From NCBI GenBank assembly GCA_037140395.1, contig JBAXEO010000001.1, positions 1 to 44,639 of the forward strand: 44,639 nucleotides of DNA, written 5' to 3'. Below are positions 34,038-43,483 of this stretch, piece by piece. The first letter of the stretch is position 1. Each line of letters begins with the position of its first letter. This DNA is from Coriobacteriia bacterium (GTDB lineage: Bacteria > Actinomycetota > Coriobacteriia > Anaerosomatales > JAAXUF01). Both the position numbers and the translations under genes were made by a program. The notes beneath the pieces were generated by a model. It saw only the letters and a program-made list of their open reading frames with translations, was not told the origin of the DNA and did no database searches.

Positions 34038-35423
34038 CTAGATAGGTCCGGCCACCGGAGGCGGGCCGCCAAAGAGCTTCCGCCACACTCGCACCGACCC
34101 TATCCAGATCCTCAGAAACGGGTTGGGACGCTTCACATCGTACGTCGCGACCAGCGGCACACGCGAGATCATCTTGCCCGCCTGCGTAAATGTCGCCACG
34201 CCAACCGTCTGTCCCTTCTTAATCGGTGCAGCGACCACGCCAACGGTGACCGTCCTGGTGATCGGACCGCTCAAGTCCAGCACCGAGACCGTCTCGTCTC
34301 GGGAAATCGCGGCCGGAACGCGGCGGTCAAGGTAGTCACCTACGGGGGCCTCGGCCACTACCGTTCCCCCAACTGCGAGTTGCTGGGGTCGATAGTGCGC
34401 AAATCCCCAATCGAGCAGCTCCCGCGCTTCTCGGAATCGCTGCAGTTCCGATGAGGTTCCGAGCACGACCGCGTACAGAGTCAGACCATCGCGCTCTGCC
34501 GCAGAGAGAACCGAGTATCCAGCACCGTCAGTAAAGCCGGTCTTGATGCCGATTGCTCCGGCGTAGTTGCCGATGAGGAGGTCGGTGCTGTGCAAGACCT
34601 CCTTGCGGGCTCCGGATCCAATCGTCACGGTCTGCATCTTCACAATCTCACGGAATCTCGGATTTGCCATAGCGTACCTACCGAGCACCGCCAGATCAGC
34701 GGCGGTAGTGTAGTGTCCGGCCTCATCGAGCCCGTGAGAATTGGCGAAGTGCGTGTTCTTGAGACCGAGCTCAACCGCCTTGTCGTTCATCAGCTTGACG
34801 AACGCCTCATCAGATCCCGCCACACTGCGCGCAATGGCAACAGCTGCGTCGTTGCCCGACTTGACCAGAAGAGCCTCGAGCACCTGATTCATGGGCAGCT
34901 TCTCGCCGGGGCGCAGAAACGCTGTCGACTCCCCAACTTGGCCTGAAGCTTTGGGAATCACAACCATCGTGGTCACGTCGCTTCGCTCTAGCGCCACCAC
35001 AGCAGTCATGATTTTGGTGATACTCGCCATCGGACGCCGCTCGGTCTCCCGCCGCGACCACAACACCCGTCCCTCGCCGTCGACGAGCGCTCCAGCGCGC
35101 ATGGCCACATCCGGGAGAACTGCGGCCGCAAGGGAACGCTTGGACGCGGCCACACCGTCCACTTGGTCGGATGAACGCGTTTCGGCAAAGGCGCTCTGAG
35201 CGGTAATGAGCGCCAGTGCGAGCGCCGCTGCGATGGCAAAGCAGTAGCCCCGATTCCACGCTCGCCGAGAATATCGGGACGCCGCACTGCGATCGCAAAG
35301 ACCCGCATTGTGCACCGTATGGTCAAAAACGGTCCGAGTTGGGGAAAAGGCATAGCGTGCCGCCCGATGGGACACATCGCGCCTTTCGGCATCAGTAGAC
35401 GTTGTTGAGTGATGGAGTCGCAT
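34038..35423 (-). CDS. D-alanyl-D-alanine carboxypeptidase (peptidase S11, PBP5/DacB-like)
   Basis: SxxK (SITK), SxN (SGND) and KTG (KTGFT) motifs, plus a C-terminal PBP5_C-like beta domain. A long N-terminal tail precedes the signal/TM segment, so the start is uncertain. Confidence 0.88.
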   Translation of the reverse strand: MRLHHSTTSTDAERRDVSHRAARYAFSPTRTVFDHTVHNAGLCDRSAASRYSRRAWNRGYCFAIAAALALALITAQSAFAETRSSDQVDGVAASKRSLAAAVLPDVAMRAGALVDGEGRVLWSRRETERRPMASITKIMTAVVALERSDVTTMVVIPKASGQVGESTAFLRPGEKLPMNQVLEALLVKSGNDAAVAIARSVAGSDEAFVKLMNDKAVELGLKNTHFANSHGLDEAGHYTTAADLAVLGRYAMANPRFREIVKMQTVTIGSGARKEVLHSTDLLIGNYAGAIGIKTGFTDGAGYSVLSAAERDGLTLYAVVLGTSSELQRFREARELLDWGFAHYRPQQLAVGGTVVAEAPVGDYLDRRVPAAISRDETVSVLDLSGPITRTVTVGVVAAPIKKGQTVGVATFTQAGKMISRVPLVATYDVKRPNPFLRIWIGSVRVWRKLFGGPPPVAGPI

Positions 35424-35574
35424 TGAATTCCTGTCGAGATTCTTGGTCGCCCGTGAGCCTTGGATCCATCCGCGCCACTTTGATCGCGGGCGACTTCGGT
35501 GCGCAGCCGAGCCATTTCCGGCCCACAGAGTCTACTACGCTCGGCACGCCCGCAATGCCACATAGAGGCAACCG

Positions 35575-36390
35575 ATGAACTACACCAAGTTCGAGCAACT
35601 CGTTCTCGGTGTGGCCACCACCACCATTCTCGGCAGCATTCTGATCTCTCTTGCCAGCAACGGGTGGACAGGGTGGCCCAGCTTCGTTTCTCAGCTCCTG
35701 CTGATACCGGTGCTGATTGCCGCTGTCCACTACGGTCGCAGGGCTGGGCTGCTCACGGCTCTTATCGCCTCTGCGGTCTTTATCATGCTGAAGATTCCCG
35801 TGTTGTCGGCTCCGGAGGGTGTGGGCGCTCTAGAAATGGGCATGATCGCCCTCACAATCGCAGCGTACGGAATTGTGGGTATCGTTGGCGGCGACCTCTG
35901 TGGGCGCGTGAAGTACCTCTTTGGTCGATTTGACAACTCGGCGACGATCGATGACTGGAGCCGCGTGTTCAACCAACGCAAAGCGGCCGAGCTCCTCGAG
36001 TACGCTCGAGATCGATTCTCGCGTTACGGCGAATCATTCTCTGTGATAGTTATTACGCAAGATCCCGCCATGGTTTCAGGGCTGTCCCCTAAACGCCAAC
36101 GCACTTTAGTAAGAGAAGTTGCCGCTCACCTGCGCGGAGACCTGCGAATGGTCGACGAAGTGGCTCGGCTCGATGACGGCCGATTCCTCGTGATTCTTCC
36201 TCGCGCCGCGCGAGAAGGTGCGCTCGCGGTTGCACAACGTCTCATAGAGGCAATCCGTCAGATGATGGATGCGGATCAGGATGGCGTATCTTCGCAGTGC
36301 TTCTCGGCTGCTGAGGACGACCTTGAGCTAGGGTCTCTCTTCACGAACATTGCTCCCCAACCGGCGACCTACGAAGGATCGAGCTCGTAG
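35575..36390 (+). CDS. Integral membrane protein with C-terminal degenerate GGDEF domain (A-site DDGRF, I-site RMVD retained)
   Basis: About 4 TM helices (residues 10-110) are followed by a GGDEF-fold region (SFSVIVITQD...HLRGDLRMVDEVARLDDGRFLVILPRAAREGALAVAQRLIEAI). The GGDEF and metal/GTP motifs are not conserved. Confidence 0.68.
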   Translation: MNYTKFEQLVLGVATTTILGSILISLASNGWTGWPSFVSQLLLIPVLIAAVHYGRRAGLLTALIASAVFIMLKIPVLSAPEGVGALEMGMIALTIAAYGIVGIVGGDLCGRVKYLFGRFDNSATIDDWSRVFNQRKAAELLEYARDRFSRYGESFSVIVITQDPAMVSGLSPKRQRTLVREVAAHLRGDLRMVDEVARLDDGRFLVILPRAAREGALAVAQRLIEAIRQMMDADQDGVSSQCFSAAEDDLELGSLFTNIAPQPATYEGSSS

Positions 36391-36803
36391 ACCGAATCTG
36401 GTCGCAGCACGCTGTATCCCTCAGCCAACAACGTCTCTTCCGCCGAGATGTCGTCGACTTTGAGGACGTCGACGGCGGCGTCACCTGCCGGCTTCACGAA
36501 GCAGTAGGCGTACTCTACGTTCTTGTCGGCTCGGCCGAGAGCCTCTAGGACGTCTGCAAGGCCGCCTGGACGATCGGGAACCTCTACGGCGATCACTGGG
36601 GTCAGCGTGACGCTGAATCCACGACCTGCAAGGATGTCGCGAGCAGCTCGTGGCGTATCGCAAATGATGCGTACCACACCGAAGCTTTCAGTGTCGGCAA
36701 CCATCAGGGCGTGCATGTCGATACCCGCGTCGCCGAGCGCTCGGGTGAGCTCAGCCAGTCGACCCGTGCTGTTTTCCAGAAACACCGAGACCTGTTCGAT
36801 CAT
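36369..36803 (-). CDS. Tandem ACT-domain protein (paralogue of 20073-20489)
   Basis: Contains VSVFLENSTGRLAELTRALGDAGIDM and VEVPDRPGGLADVLEALGRADKNVEY. It lies 6 nt downstream of the second paaK. Confidence 0.78.
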   Translation of the reverse strand: MIEQVSVFLENSTGRLAELTRALGDAGIDMHALMVADTESFGVVRIICDTPRAARDILAGRGFSVTLTPVIAVEVPDRPGGLADVLEALGRADKNVEYAYCFVKPAGDAAVDVLKVDDISAEETLLAEGYSVLRPDSVYELDPS

Positions 36804-36809
36804 GTCCGG

Positions 36810-38129
36810 TCACGCACCTTCCGTCTCGGAGCGCAGATCGACGACCCGCTTTGCCTTGCCTTCACTGCGTGCAATTGACTTGTGCTCGACAAGCTTGACC
36901 TCGATTGATACCGCGAGAGCGGACTCGATCTGGCCCTTCACCGTTCGTTGCAGCCTCTCGAGTTCGCGCACCTCGTCAAATCCGAAGTCGGGTGAGACCT
37001 CCACTTGCACCTGAACGTGGTCAAGAGAACCGCGCTTTGTCAGCACGAGCTGATAGTGCGGCGCAACGCCAGCGACTCCAGCGAGCACTTGCTCTATCTG
37101 GCTCGGGAAGACGTTCACACCGCGAATGATGAGCATGTCGTCGGTCCGGCCCGTAATACGTTCCATACGCCGAAATGTCCTGCCACACGCACAGGAGCCA
37201 GGAATGATTCGCGAGATATCACGGGTCCGATACCGAACGACCGGGATGCCTTCTTTGGTCAGAGTCGTGAAGACGACCTCACCGTATTCTCCATCTGGCA
37301 CGGGCATTAGCGTCTCAGTGTCCAAGATCTCGATGAGAAAGTGATCCTCAAAGACGTGCAGCCCGTCTTGGTGGACGCACTCCGAGGCCACACCAGGACC
37401 CATCACCTCGGACAGGCCGTAGATGTCGATCGCCGTAATACCCATAGCGCGCTCAATCTGCTTGCGCATGTTCTCGCTCCACGGCTCCGCGCCAAAGACG
37501 CCGACTCGCAGCGGTAGGTCGCGAACGTCGATTCCCATCTCGAGCGCTGTCTCGGCAATGAGAAGCGCGTAGCTGGGAGTACAGGCGAGGACGGTGACCC
37601 CAAAATCCTTGAGTATCTGGACCTGTCGGCGTGTATTGCCACCAGAGACGGGCACCGTAAGAGCACCCAACCGCTCAGAGCCATAGTGAGCACCAAGGCC
37701 GCCGGTGAAGAGGCCATACCCGTAGGTGATTTGGACGACGTCGTCGGGTGTGACTCCGCCCGAAGCAAAGGTTCTTGCCATGAGGTCGGCCCATCGGTCG
37801 ATATCCCCCTGCGTGTAGCCAACAACCGTGATCTGCCCCGTGGTGCCCGAGGAGGAATGTACTCGCACGATGTCGCGCAGGGGCGCGGCAAACAGTCCAT
37901 AGGGGTACGCAGCGCGGAGATCGTCCTTGACGGTAAACGGAACGCGTCTCAGGTCATCGAGCGACTTCAGGCTCGCAACATCAAAGTCCGCCGCATCAAA
38001 CTTGGCGCGGTATGCGGGCACGTTGTCGTAGACCCGCACAAGAAGCGACTTGAGACGCTCGAGCTGAAGTGACTCCAGCTCCGGCCTGCTCATGGATTCC
38101 AATTCCGGCTGGTACACAGCACCCCCCAA
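36810..38129 (-). CDS. paaK: Phenylacetate-CoA ligase family protein, second copy
   Basis: Contains ELESLQLERLKSLLVRVYDNVPAYR and SSSGTTGQITVV. The start is TTG 38129 or, perhaps more likely, GTG 38117, which follows a GGGGGG run. Confidence 0.86.
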   Translation of the reverse strand: MGGAVYQPELESMSRPELESLQLERLKSLLVRVYDNVPAYRAKFDAADFDVASLKSLDDLRRVPFTVKDDLRAAYPYGLFAAPLRDIVRVHSSSGTTGQITVVGYTQGDIDRWADLMARTFASGGVTPDDVVQITYGYGLFTGGLGAHYGSERLGALTVPVSGGNTRRQVQILKDFGVTVLACTPSYALLIAETALEMGIDVRDLPLRVGVFGAEPWSENMRKQIERAMGITAIDIYGLSEVMGPGVASECVHQDGLHVFEDHFLIEILDTETLMPVPDGEYGEVVFTTLTKEGIPVVRYRTRDISRIIPGSCACGRTFRRMERITGRTDDMLIIRGVNVFPSQIEQVLAGVAGVAPHYQLVLTKRGSLDHVQVQVEVSPDFGFDEVRELERLQRTVKGQIESALAVSIEVKLVEHKSIARSEGKAKRVVDLRSETEGA

Positions 38130-38162
38130 TCGTTACCGGCTACACACTCATCTGCCCTCGCT

Positions 38163-40058
38163 CTAGGGCTTCTTTGGCGCCACGGTTGCAGTTGTTGGTA
38201 CGGAGCCCTTGGTTCCAATACGCAAGACCTGGATCTTGGGCTTGTAGTCCGAGCTAAACGTGTCCTTTCTGACTACCTGTCCCGCCTTGGTCACTGTACG
38301 GGTCACTACGACCTTCCTGCCTGTGACGCCGGCATCCTTGACGACCTTCGACCCAGTCGCAAGCGTGGGGTCGTTGACCTTTTCGATGGGGAAAGGGGTC
38401 TCATTGGTGAAAGGGCCGGTCGTATAGGCGACTTCATAGCCAGTCTTCGTGCCGTAAAATGAGATGGTAATCGAGTCATTGGTATACGCCACTGAAACAA
38501 GAATCCAATCCTTTGTATCGTTCTTCCACTTGAGATCAGGGCCGCCCCACGAGACGGTCGCATCGCGACCAGTGGGATAGTGCGCTATGTAGAAGGAGTG
38601 GTTGGTGCGGTCAGGTATAGGCACGCCGGCGAAGAAGGCCGTGTTGAAGAGCGTAGTACCGACTTGACAGATACCACCTCCCAGCTGCGGAACCAGCTTT
38701 CCCTTAACAATCGCAGGAGCCTCTTGGTAGCCCTTGGCAGCCGTTCGCTCACCAACCGCGCCGTTGAACGAGAATGTCGCGCCGGGTGCCACGAGCTTGC
38801 CGTCAAGAGCGTTGCCGAGCGTGTGAATGTTGTTGGTGCGCGGCTCGTTTGAGCCATCGTAGGTGGTAGTGAAGGTGGAAATCCGCTCCTTCACGCCCAT
38901 CTCACGCGCCTTCTGGGTCGTAAGCTTCGGCGCCACGACCGTCGTCTGAATCACCACAGTTCGGCTCGTGTTGGTACTGTCCTTGAGCGCCCTCGTGATG
39001 TCCGTTGCCAGCAAACCGAGATCTGCGCCGACACCATCCTTGGATGGGACAATGGTGACTGATCCGCCGCTTGTCTTGAACTGTGCATCTTTGGCCGGTG
39101 TCCCTACTGCAGCCCCAAGCTTGGGAGCGATGGTTTTCGCGGTTTGGGCCTCGTCCACCAAAGGAACGAGCTTCCACGTCTTGGATCCCGCGCGCGCAGC
39201 AGAGCCTGTGGGCTCGACTGACTGAAACGTCATCATCTTGCCGATATCTGCCGGCGAGAAGGTCCAGAGCTTGCCCCCGTACGTAACGGTGAGCGGAGCC
39301 GACATCATCTTGCTCGCAACGGACTTTGCCGACTCGGCAGCTGCGTTGCTGATCTTGGGAAGTGCAGTCTGCACTGGGGCGTTGATAGTCCTGCGGTCCG
39401 TGGTATAGGCAGCAAGAATGGCCTGCGAAAGCTCATCGCGCTTGAGCTCGACTCCGTCCGCGGACGGTTTGACCGCAGCAGATGTGTCAGTGATCTCAAC
39501 TTCCGCATCGCGTGCAGGAACATTGGTGGTCTGAGCAACCGCATCAAGCATCTTGTTCATCTTCACTGGATCGGCATTGCCCGAAGCGCTCAAGCGCGCC
39601 TTGCCAAACCATGCCGAGAACCGCTGCGTGACCGATTTCGCAAATCCGCCCTCACGGCCGACAGCCATGGCCTGGGCGGTCAGCGCTGGAGCGTCGAACG
39701 ACAGCGCGATATCAGCCGGGGCGACCTTCCAGGACTTCTCGCCGTACACCACGGTGACAGGCTCCGTGGCCTTTGCGGGCAGCTGTTTGGCGAGCTCCGC
39801 GGTGGCCACAGAAGGTGTCATTCCGCCGACACGCACGCCCGCAACCGTCACACCAGGATGAACGCGCCCTGCGCTCGCGAACGCATCGACCGCGACCGCC
39901 AAGACCAACACGACGGCGATGAGTGCTGCGGCGATTGTCGGCCACGGCCGCGTTGCACCCGACCGCGACGCACGATTCGACGTCCGGCTAGCGGGCGCAC
40001 CCTGACGCCGCTCGCGAGCGGTGCGGCGGCTCTCGTTGGTCTCCTGCGTCAAGCTCAA
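38163..40058 (-). CDS. VanW-family protein with N-terminal TM anchor and C-terminal G5 domain
   Basis: VanW core (TFTTTYDGSNEPRTNNIHTLGNALDGKLVAPGATFSFN...GGGICQVGTTLFNTAF) and a G5-like C-terminus (VTRTVTKAGQVVRKDTFSSDYKPKIQVLRIGTK). The start is TTG 40058 or TTG 40052. Confidence 0.82.
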   Translation of the reverse strand: MSLTQETNESRRTARERRQGAPASRTSNRASRSGATRPWPTIAAALIAVVLVLAVAVDAFASAGRVHPGVTVAGVRVGGMTPSVATAELAKQLPAKATEPVTVVYGEKSWKVAPADIALSFDAPALTAQAMAVGREGGFAKSVTQRFSAWFGKARLSASGNADPVKMNKMLDAVAQTTNVPARDAEVEITDTSAAVKPSADGVELKRDELSQAILAAYTTDRRTINAPVQTALPKISNAAAESAKSVASKMMSAPLTVTYGGKLWTFSPADIGKMMTFQSVEPTGSAARAGSKTWKLVPLVDEAQTAKTIAPKLGAAVGTPAKDAQFKTSGGSVTIVPSKDGVGADLGLLATDITRALKDSTNTSRTVVIQTTVVAPKLTTQKAREMGVKERISTFTTTYDGSNEPRTNNIHTLGNALDGKLVAPGATFSFNGAVGERTAAKGYQEAPAIVKGKLVPQLGGGICQVGTTLFNTAFFAGVPIPDRTNHSFYIAHYPTGRDATVSWGGPDLKWKNDTKDWILVSVAYTNDSITISFYGTKTGYEVAYTTGPFTNETPFPIEKVNDPTLATGSKVVKDAGVTGRKVVVTRTVTKAGQVVRKDTFSSDYKPKIQVLRIGTKGSVPTTATVAPKKP

Positions 40059-40075
40059 ATCTCCTCGTTCGTCAC

Positions 40076-40115
40076 AATCGCAAAAGGCAGCCTGACCGCA
40101 TCGCGGTGAGGCTGC
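40076..40115 (-). terminator. Strong hairpin followed by a U tract (intrinsic terminator of the 836-aa gene, or a 5'-UTR structure of the VanW gene)
   Basis: On the minus strand the sequence is GCAGCCTCACCGC-GAT-GCGGTCAGGCTGC, giving 12 bp with one G:G mismatch (40087-40115). It is followed by CTTTTGCGATT. It lies 120 nt after the stop at 40235 and only about 24 nt before the VanW start. Confidence 0.55.
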
Positions 40116-40234
40116 TCTTACAACGGCGTCTTGCTATCGGATTCGCATCTGAACGGCCAACTCATGTCATCAGGCCAGCAGATTGCGATCATTCTAGCAG
40201 GTAGATGCCATCTTTTCCACCTCGGCGCGGTCTG

Positions 40235-42745
40235 TCACTCCTCGGCGATGCCGTATTCCACGACTCGCTTCCACTGCTCGGCTCGTGCCATCGCCGACTC
40301 ATCACGTGCGGCCTCGGCCCAAATGGAGACCGCTGGCTCACTCGCGTGTGGCAGCACGAGCGCCCATCCATCCGAGTAGCGCACACGCACGCCCTCAGCA
40401 AGCTCCGGATTGAACTCAGCGGCGCGTTCTGTGACCGAACGCATGACCGCACCTTTGCGACGGTCGGGACACGGCACGCTGATCTCGACTTTGTGGAACT
40501 CGGGGAGCTCGGCGACCACCTGTGCAAGCGTCATGCCGCTCTTGGCCAACATGCGTGCGGCCATTCCGGTGCTCAGCACGCCGTCGTAGGCCGGGAAGAA
40601 GTCACCAAAGATGAATCCGCCGCTGGTGGAGCCTGCAAATCTGGCTCGTCCCTCCAGGATGGCCTCGGCCAACGCACGGCGAGATCGGCCGGGGCGAATG
40701 ACCTCTTTGCCATAGCTCGCCGCGATCTGGTCGACCACTTGGGAAGCGGCAAGCGGCACCGCAATCGTTCCGTCGATGACGCGCGTGCGGCACCACAAGT
40801 CCACCATCGCGTGCAAGGCGGTGTCCCCGTCGAGCAGCTCTCCCTTCTCTGTGACGAGCCTGATTCGCTCAGCGCCCCAGTCAAAGATCACGCCGAGATC
40901 CGCGCCGAACAACTCGATTGCCCGGCCAATCTCGCCCACCCCTTGCTCAGTGGGCTCCTCTGAAGGTGCCGAGGTGGCCTCGGAATCGACAACTCCGTTG
41001 AGCGCGATCAGGTTGAGGTGCCAGCCGTGTGCAACCTGCGGCAGCATAAACGTGGCGGGACCTCCGGACATGTCGGCTACCACACGGCGCCATTCAGCGC
41101 CCAAGTCGGCCTCGTCCATCGCGTCTTTGAGCGCGGTCCCGTAGTACTCCAGCGGACGCGGTGGGTGGATGATGTCGCCGAGCTCGTCGAAGAACGCTCG
41201 GCGAAACTCCTCGCGGAAGTAGAGACGCTCAATCTTCTTTTGCTCCCATGGAGCGATGTCGAGACCGTTGCGATCCAGAAAGCGAATCTCAAGCGATTGC
41301 GGATCGCGTGTGGATCCCGAAAGGTGGACTCCGCCCACACAGCGCGTCTTTTGCGTGGTAAAGCGGGTCACTGCGGGCGATGCGACCCGTAGGTCGCGCA
41401 CATCGATGCCAGCGGCGTTAAGCCCGGCGATCATCGCGCTCTTGAGCATCCGAGCCGGGCGCGTGCTGTCTCGGCTGATGACCACGTGGCCACCCTTGGG
41501 AAGCAGTGTGCCGTACGCCTCGGCGACCTTAAGCGCAAGCTCAGGCGTGATGTCCACGCCGACAAGCCCTTGAACGCCCGCGTCACCAAACAGCGCACGC
41601 GAGCCGGTCGACTCCCAGATTACGGAGGTGTTGACCGTCGCAGAAGACTCAATTCGCTTGTACGGGAATATCTGGACGTCGGCGCCAATTTGCGCACCGG
41701 ATCCGATGACGGACTCATCGCCGATGACAGCGCCGTTTGCAATCCCTGCACTGGCTCTCAAGTCCACGTGACGGCATAAGACAGCGCCAGAAACGGTGGA
41801 CTGCTTGCCGACAAACGTGTCACTCCACAGAATGGAGTGCGTGACGCGAGCACCGGCCCCAACCACGCAGTTATCGTCGATCACCGTGTAGTCGCCGATG
41901 GTCGAACCTCGGCGTATACGCACGTTCTCCCCTATGACCACTCCGGTGCCCAGAGTCGCAGTCTCATCGATGCGAGCGCTCTCGGCGACCCAGAGCCCTT
42001 CTCGGGCATGGATGCCGGGGATAAAGACACGCACGAGGCCATCAAGGATGTCTCGATGCACCTGCATGTACGATTCCCGACTGCCGACGTCGCACCAATA
42101 GCCGTCGGCGGCGATTCCGTACAGGGCGTGCCCGTCTTCCATCAGTCGCGGGAACAGGTCCGCCGAGAAGTCGTAGGACTCCCCCTCCGGGATGTAGTCC
42201 AAGACCCAGGGCTCGACAACGTAGATTCCTGTGTTGATGGTGTCGCTGAAAACCTGACCCCACGACGGCTTCTCCAAGAAGCGCTCAACTCGGCCGTCCT
42301 CGGCGGTGATAACGACGCCAAAATCGAGAGGGTCAGGCACACGCTTCAGGGCGATAGTGACGGCTCCGCCCTTTTCCTTGTGAAAACGGATGACCTCAGT
42401 CAGGTCGATGTCGGTGATGGCATCGCCCGAGATGATCAGAAACGGCTCGTCGGTTCCCAGAAGGTGGGCGGCGTTCTTCACCGAGCCAGCCGTGCCCAGC
42501 GGAGACTCCTCTACCGCATAGCCGATCTCGACCCCCCATTCCTCGCCAGCCCCAAAGTAGTCCTGGATCGTGCGGGGCATGAAAGCCAGCGTCGCGACGA
42601 CTTCCTCAATGCCGTGATGCTTCACCAATCCGATTATGTGTTCCATGACCGGCTGGTTGACGATCGGCACCATGGGCTTGGGCCGCAGCGAAGTGATGGG
42701 ACGAAGCCGCGTTCCTTCTCCCCCGGCCATGATGACGGCTTTCAC
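40235..42745 (-). CDS. Fusion: sugar-1-phosphate nucleotidyltransferase (ManC/GlmU-like, with LbH repeats) + phosphohexomutase-fold domain
   Basis: N-terminus [20 protein letters not shown], hexapeptide repeats around residues 250-380, and a C-terminal alpha-D-phosphohexomutase fold ([27 protein letters not shown]...). The mutase motifs diverge from consensus (see findings). Confidence 0.84.
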   Translation of the reverse strand: MKAVIMAGGEGTRLRPITSLRPKPMVPIVNQPVMEHIIGLVKHHGIEEVVATLAFMPRTIQDYFGAGEEWGVEIGYAVEESPLGTAGSVKNAAHLLGTDEPFLIISGDAITDIDLTEVIRFHKEKGGAVTIALKRVPDPLDFGVVITAEDGRVERFLEKPSWGQVFSDTINTGIYVVEPWVLDYIPEGESYDFSADLFPRLMEDGHALYGIAADGYWCDVGSRESYMQVHRDILDGLVRVFIPGIHAREGLWVAESARIDETATLGTGVVIGENVRIRRGSTIGDYTVIDDNCVVGAGARVTHSILWSDTFVGKQSTVSGAVLCRHVDLRASAGIANGAVIGDESVIGSGAQIGADVQIFPYKRIESSATVNTSVIWESTGSRALFGDAGVQGLVGVDITPELALKVAEAYGTLLPKGGHVVISRDSTRPARMLKSAMIAGLNAAGIDVRDLRVASPAVTRFTTQKTRCVGGVHLSGSTRDPQSLEIRFLDRNGLDIAPWEQKKIERLYFREEFRRAFFDELGDIIHPPRPLEYYGTALKDAMDEADLGAEWRRVVADMSGGPATFMLPQVAHGWHLNLIALNGVVDSEATSAPSEEPTEQGVGEIGRAIELFGADLGVIFDWGAERIRLVTEKGELLDGDTALHAMVDLWCRTRVIDGTIAVPLAASQVVDQIAASYGKEVIRPGRSRRALAEAILEGRARFAGSTSGGFIFGDFFPAYDGVLSTGMAARMLAKSGMTLAQVVAELPEFHKVEISVPCPDRRKGAVMRSVTERAAEFNPELAEGVRVRYSDGWALVLPHASEPAVSIWAEAARDESAMARAEQWKRVVEYGIAEE

Positions 42746-42820
42746 GATGTCTCCCTTTCAGTTGTGGACCAGCCTGCTGGCACAGCCCGCAGGGTGAGTC
42801 CTCTTCTACCCGATTCCGAT

Positions 42821-43483
42821 CTAGCCTTCTGCCACCCGAATGGTGCTGAAGAATACCCCCACGTAGCCAATTGCCGAGGCAAGCGACAAAGCGACGCCAA
42901 CGTAGACAAACCAAATACCCAAAACAGCTGGCTGGCTTCCCCACCCCGGCAACGCGGCGCTGTCAAACAAGCCCAATCCCGGCACTATTGGCCAGCCCAA
43001 GATCAGGTCAGCAAACCCAATCAACAAGAGCGCGGTCGTGGCCTTGCCGATAAACGTCACTGCCATCCGACGACGATACACAAACTCCAAGCGCCACACG
43101 CCATACCCAAGCACCAGATCACGCGCAACGAGCACCAGTGGGATCCAGAGCGGCAAACGATGCTCCACGTACAATCCGATGACACCCGAGGCGATCAGCA
43201 GCCTGTCGACCAGCGGGTCGATTGCCTTGCCAATGGCCGTCACCGTACCCGTCCGTCGCGCAATCTGACCGTCGAGCCAGTCGGTTGACGCCGCGACCGC
43301 GAACAGCAGAAACGCAAGTTCGTTGTGATTGCCATTGATCAGAACGGTGAAGAAGAGCGGAACCAGCATGAGCCTCAGAACGGTAATGATGTTGGCAATG
43401 GTATAGATGTCACGCACATGCTCGTCGGCCGACGAAACGCCGTCGGTATCCCCACTGGAGCTGTCGCGCTCTTCTACCACCAC
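42821..43483 (-). CDS. CDP-alcohol phosphatidyltransferase (PgsA2 / actinobacterial eukaryote-type cardiolipin synthase family)
   Basis: Motif DWLDGQIARRTGTVTAIGKAIDPLVDRL matches D-x2-DG-x2-AR-x8-G-x3-D-x3-D, in a polytopic membrane protein. I preferred GTG 43483 or 43480, which overlaps the corA stop by 7-10 nt; the ORF-track start at 43558 lies deep inside corA. Confidence 0.8.
   Translation of the reverse strand: MVVEERDSSSGDTDGVSSADEHVRDIYTIANIITVLRLMLVPLFFTVLINGNHNELAFLLFAVAASTDWLDGQIARRTGTVTAIGKAIDPLVDRLLIASGVIGLYVEHRLPLWIPLVLVARDLVLGYGVWRLEFVYRRRMAVTFIGKATTALLLIGFADLILGWPIVPGLGLFDSAALPGWGSQPAVLGIWFVYVGVALSLASAIGYVGVFFSTIRVAEG

Noticed and set aside
41837-43288. 483-aa ORF on the + strand spanning the antisense of the 836-aa fusion gene and the CDP-alcohol transferase gene.
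   Set aside because: It crosses an intergenic region and two well-supported minus-strand genes. Its composition (Arg/Asp/His/Gln-rich) is typical of an off-frame ORF.
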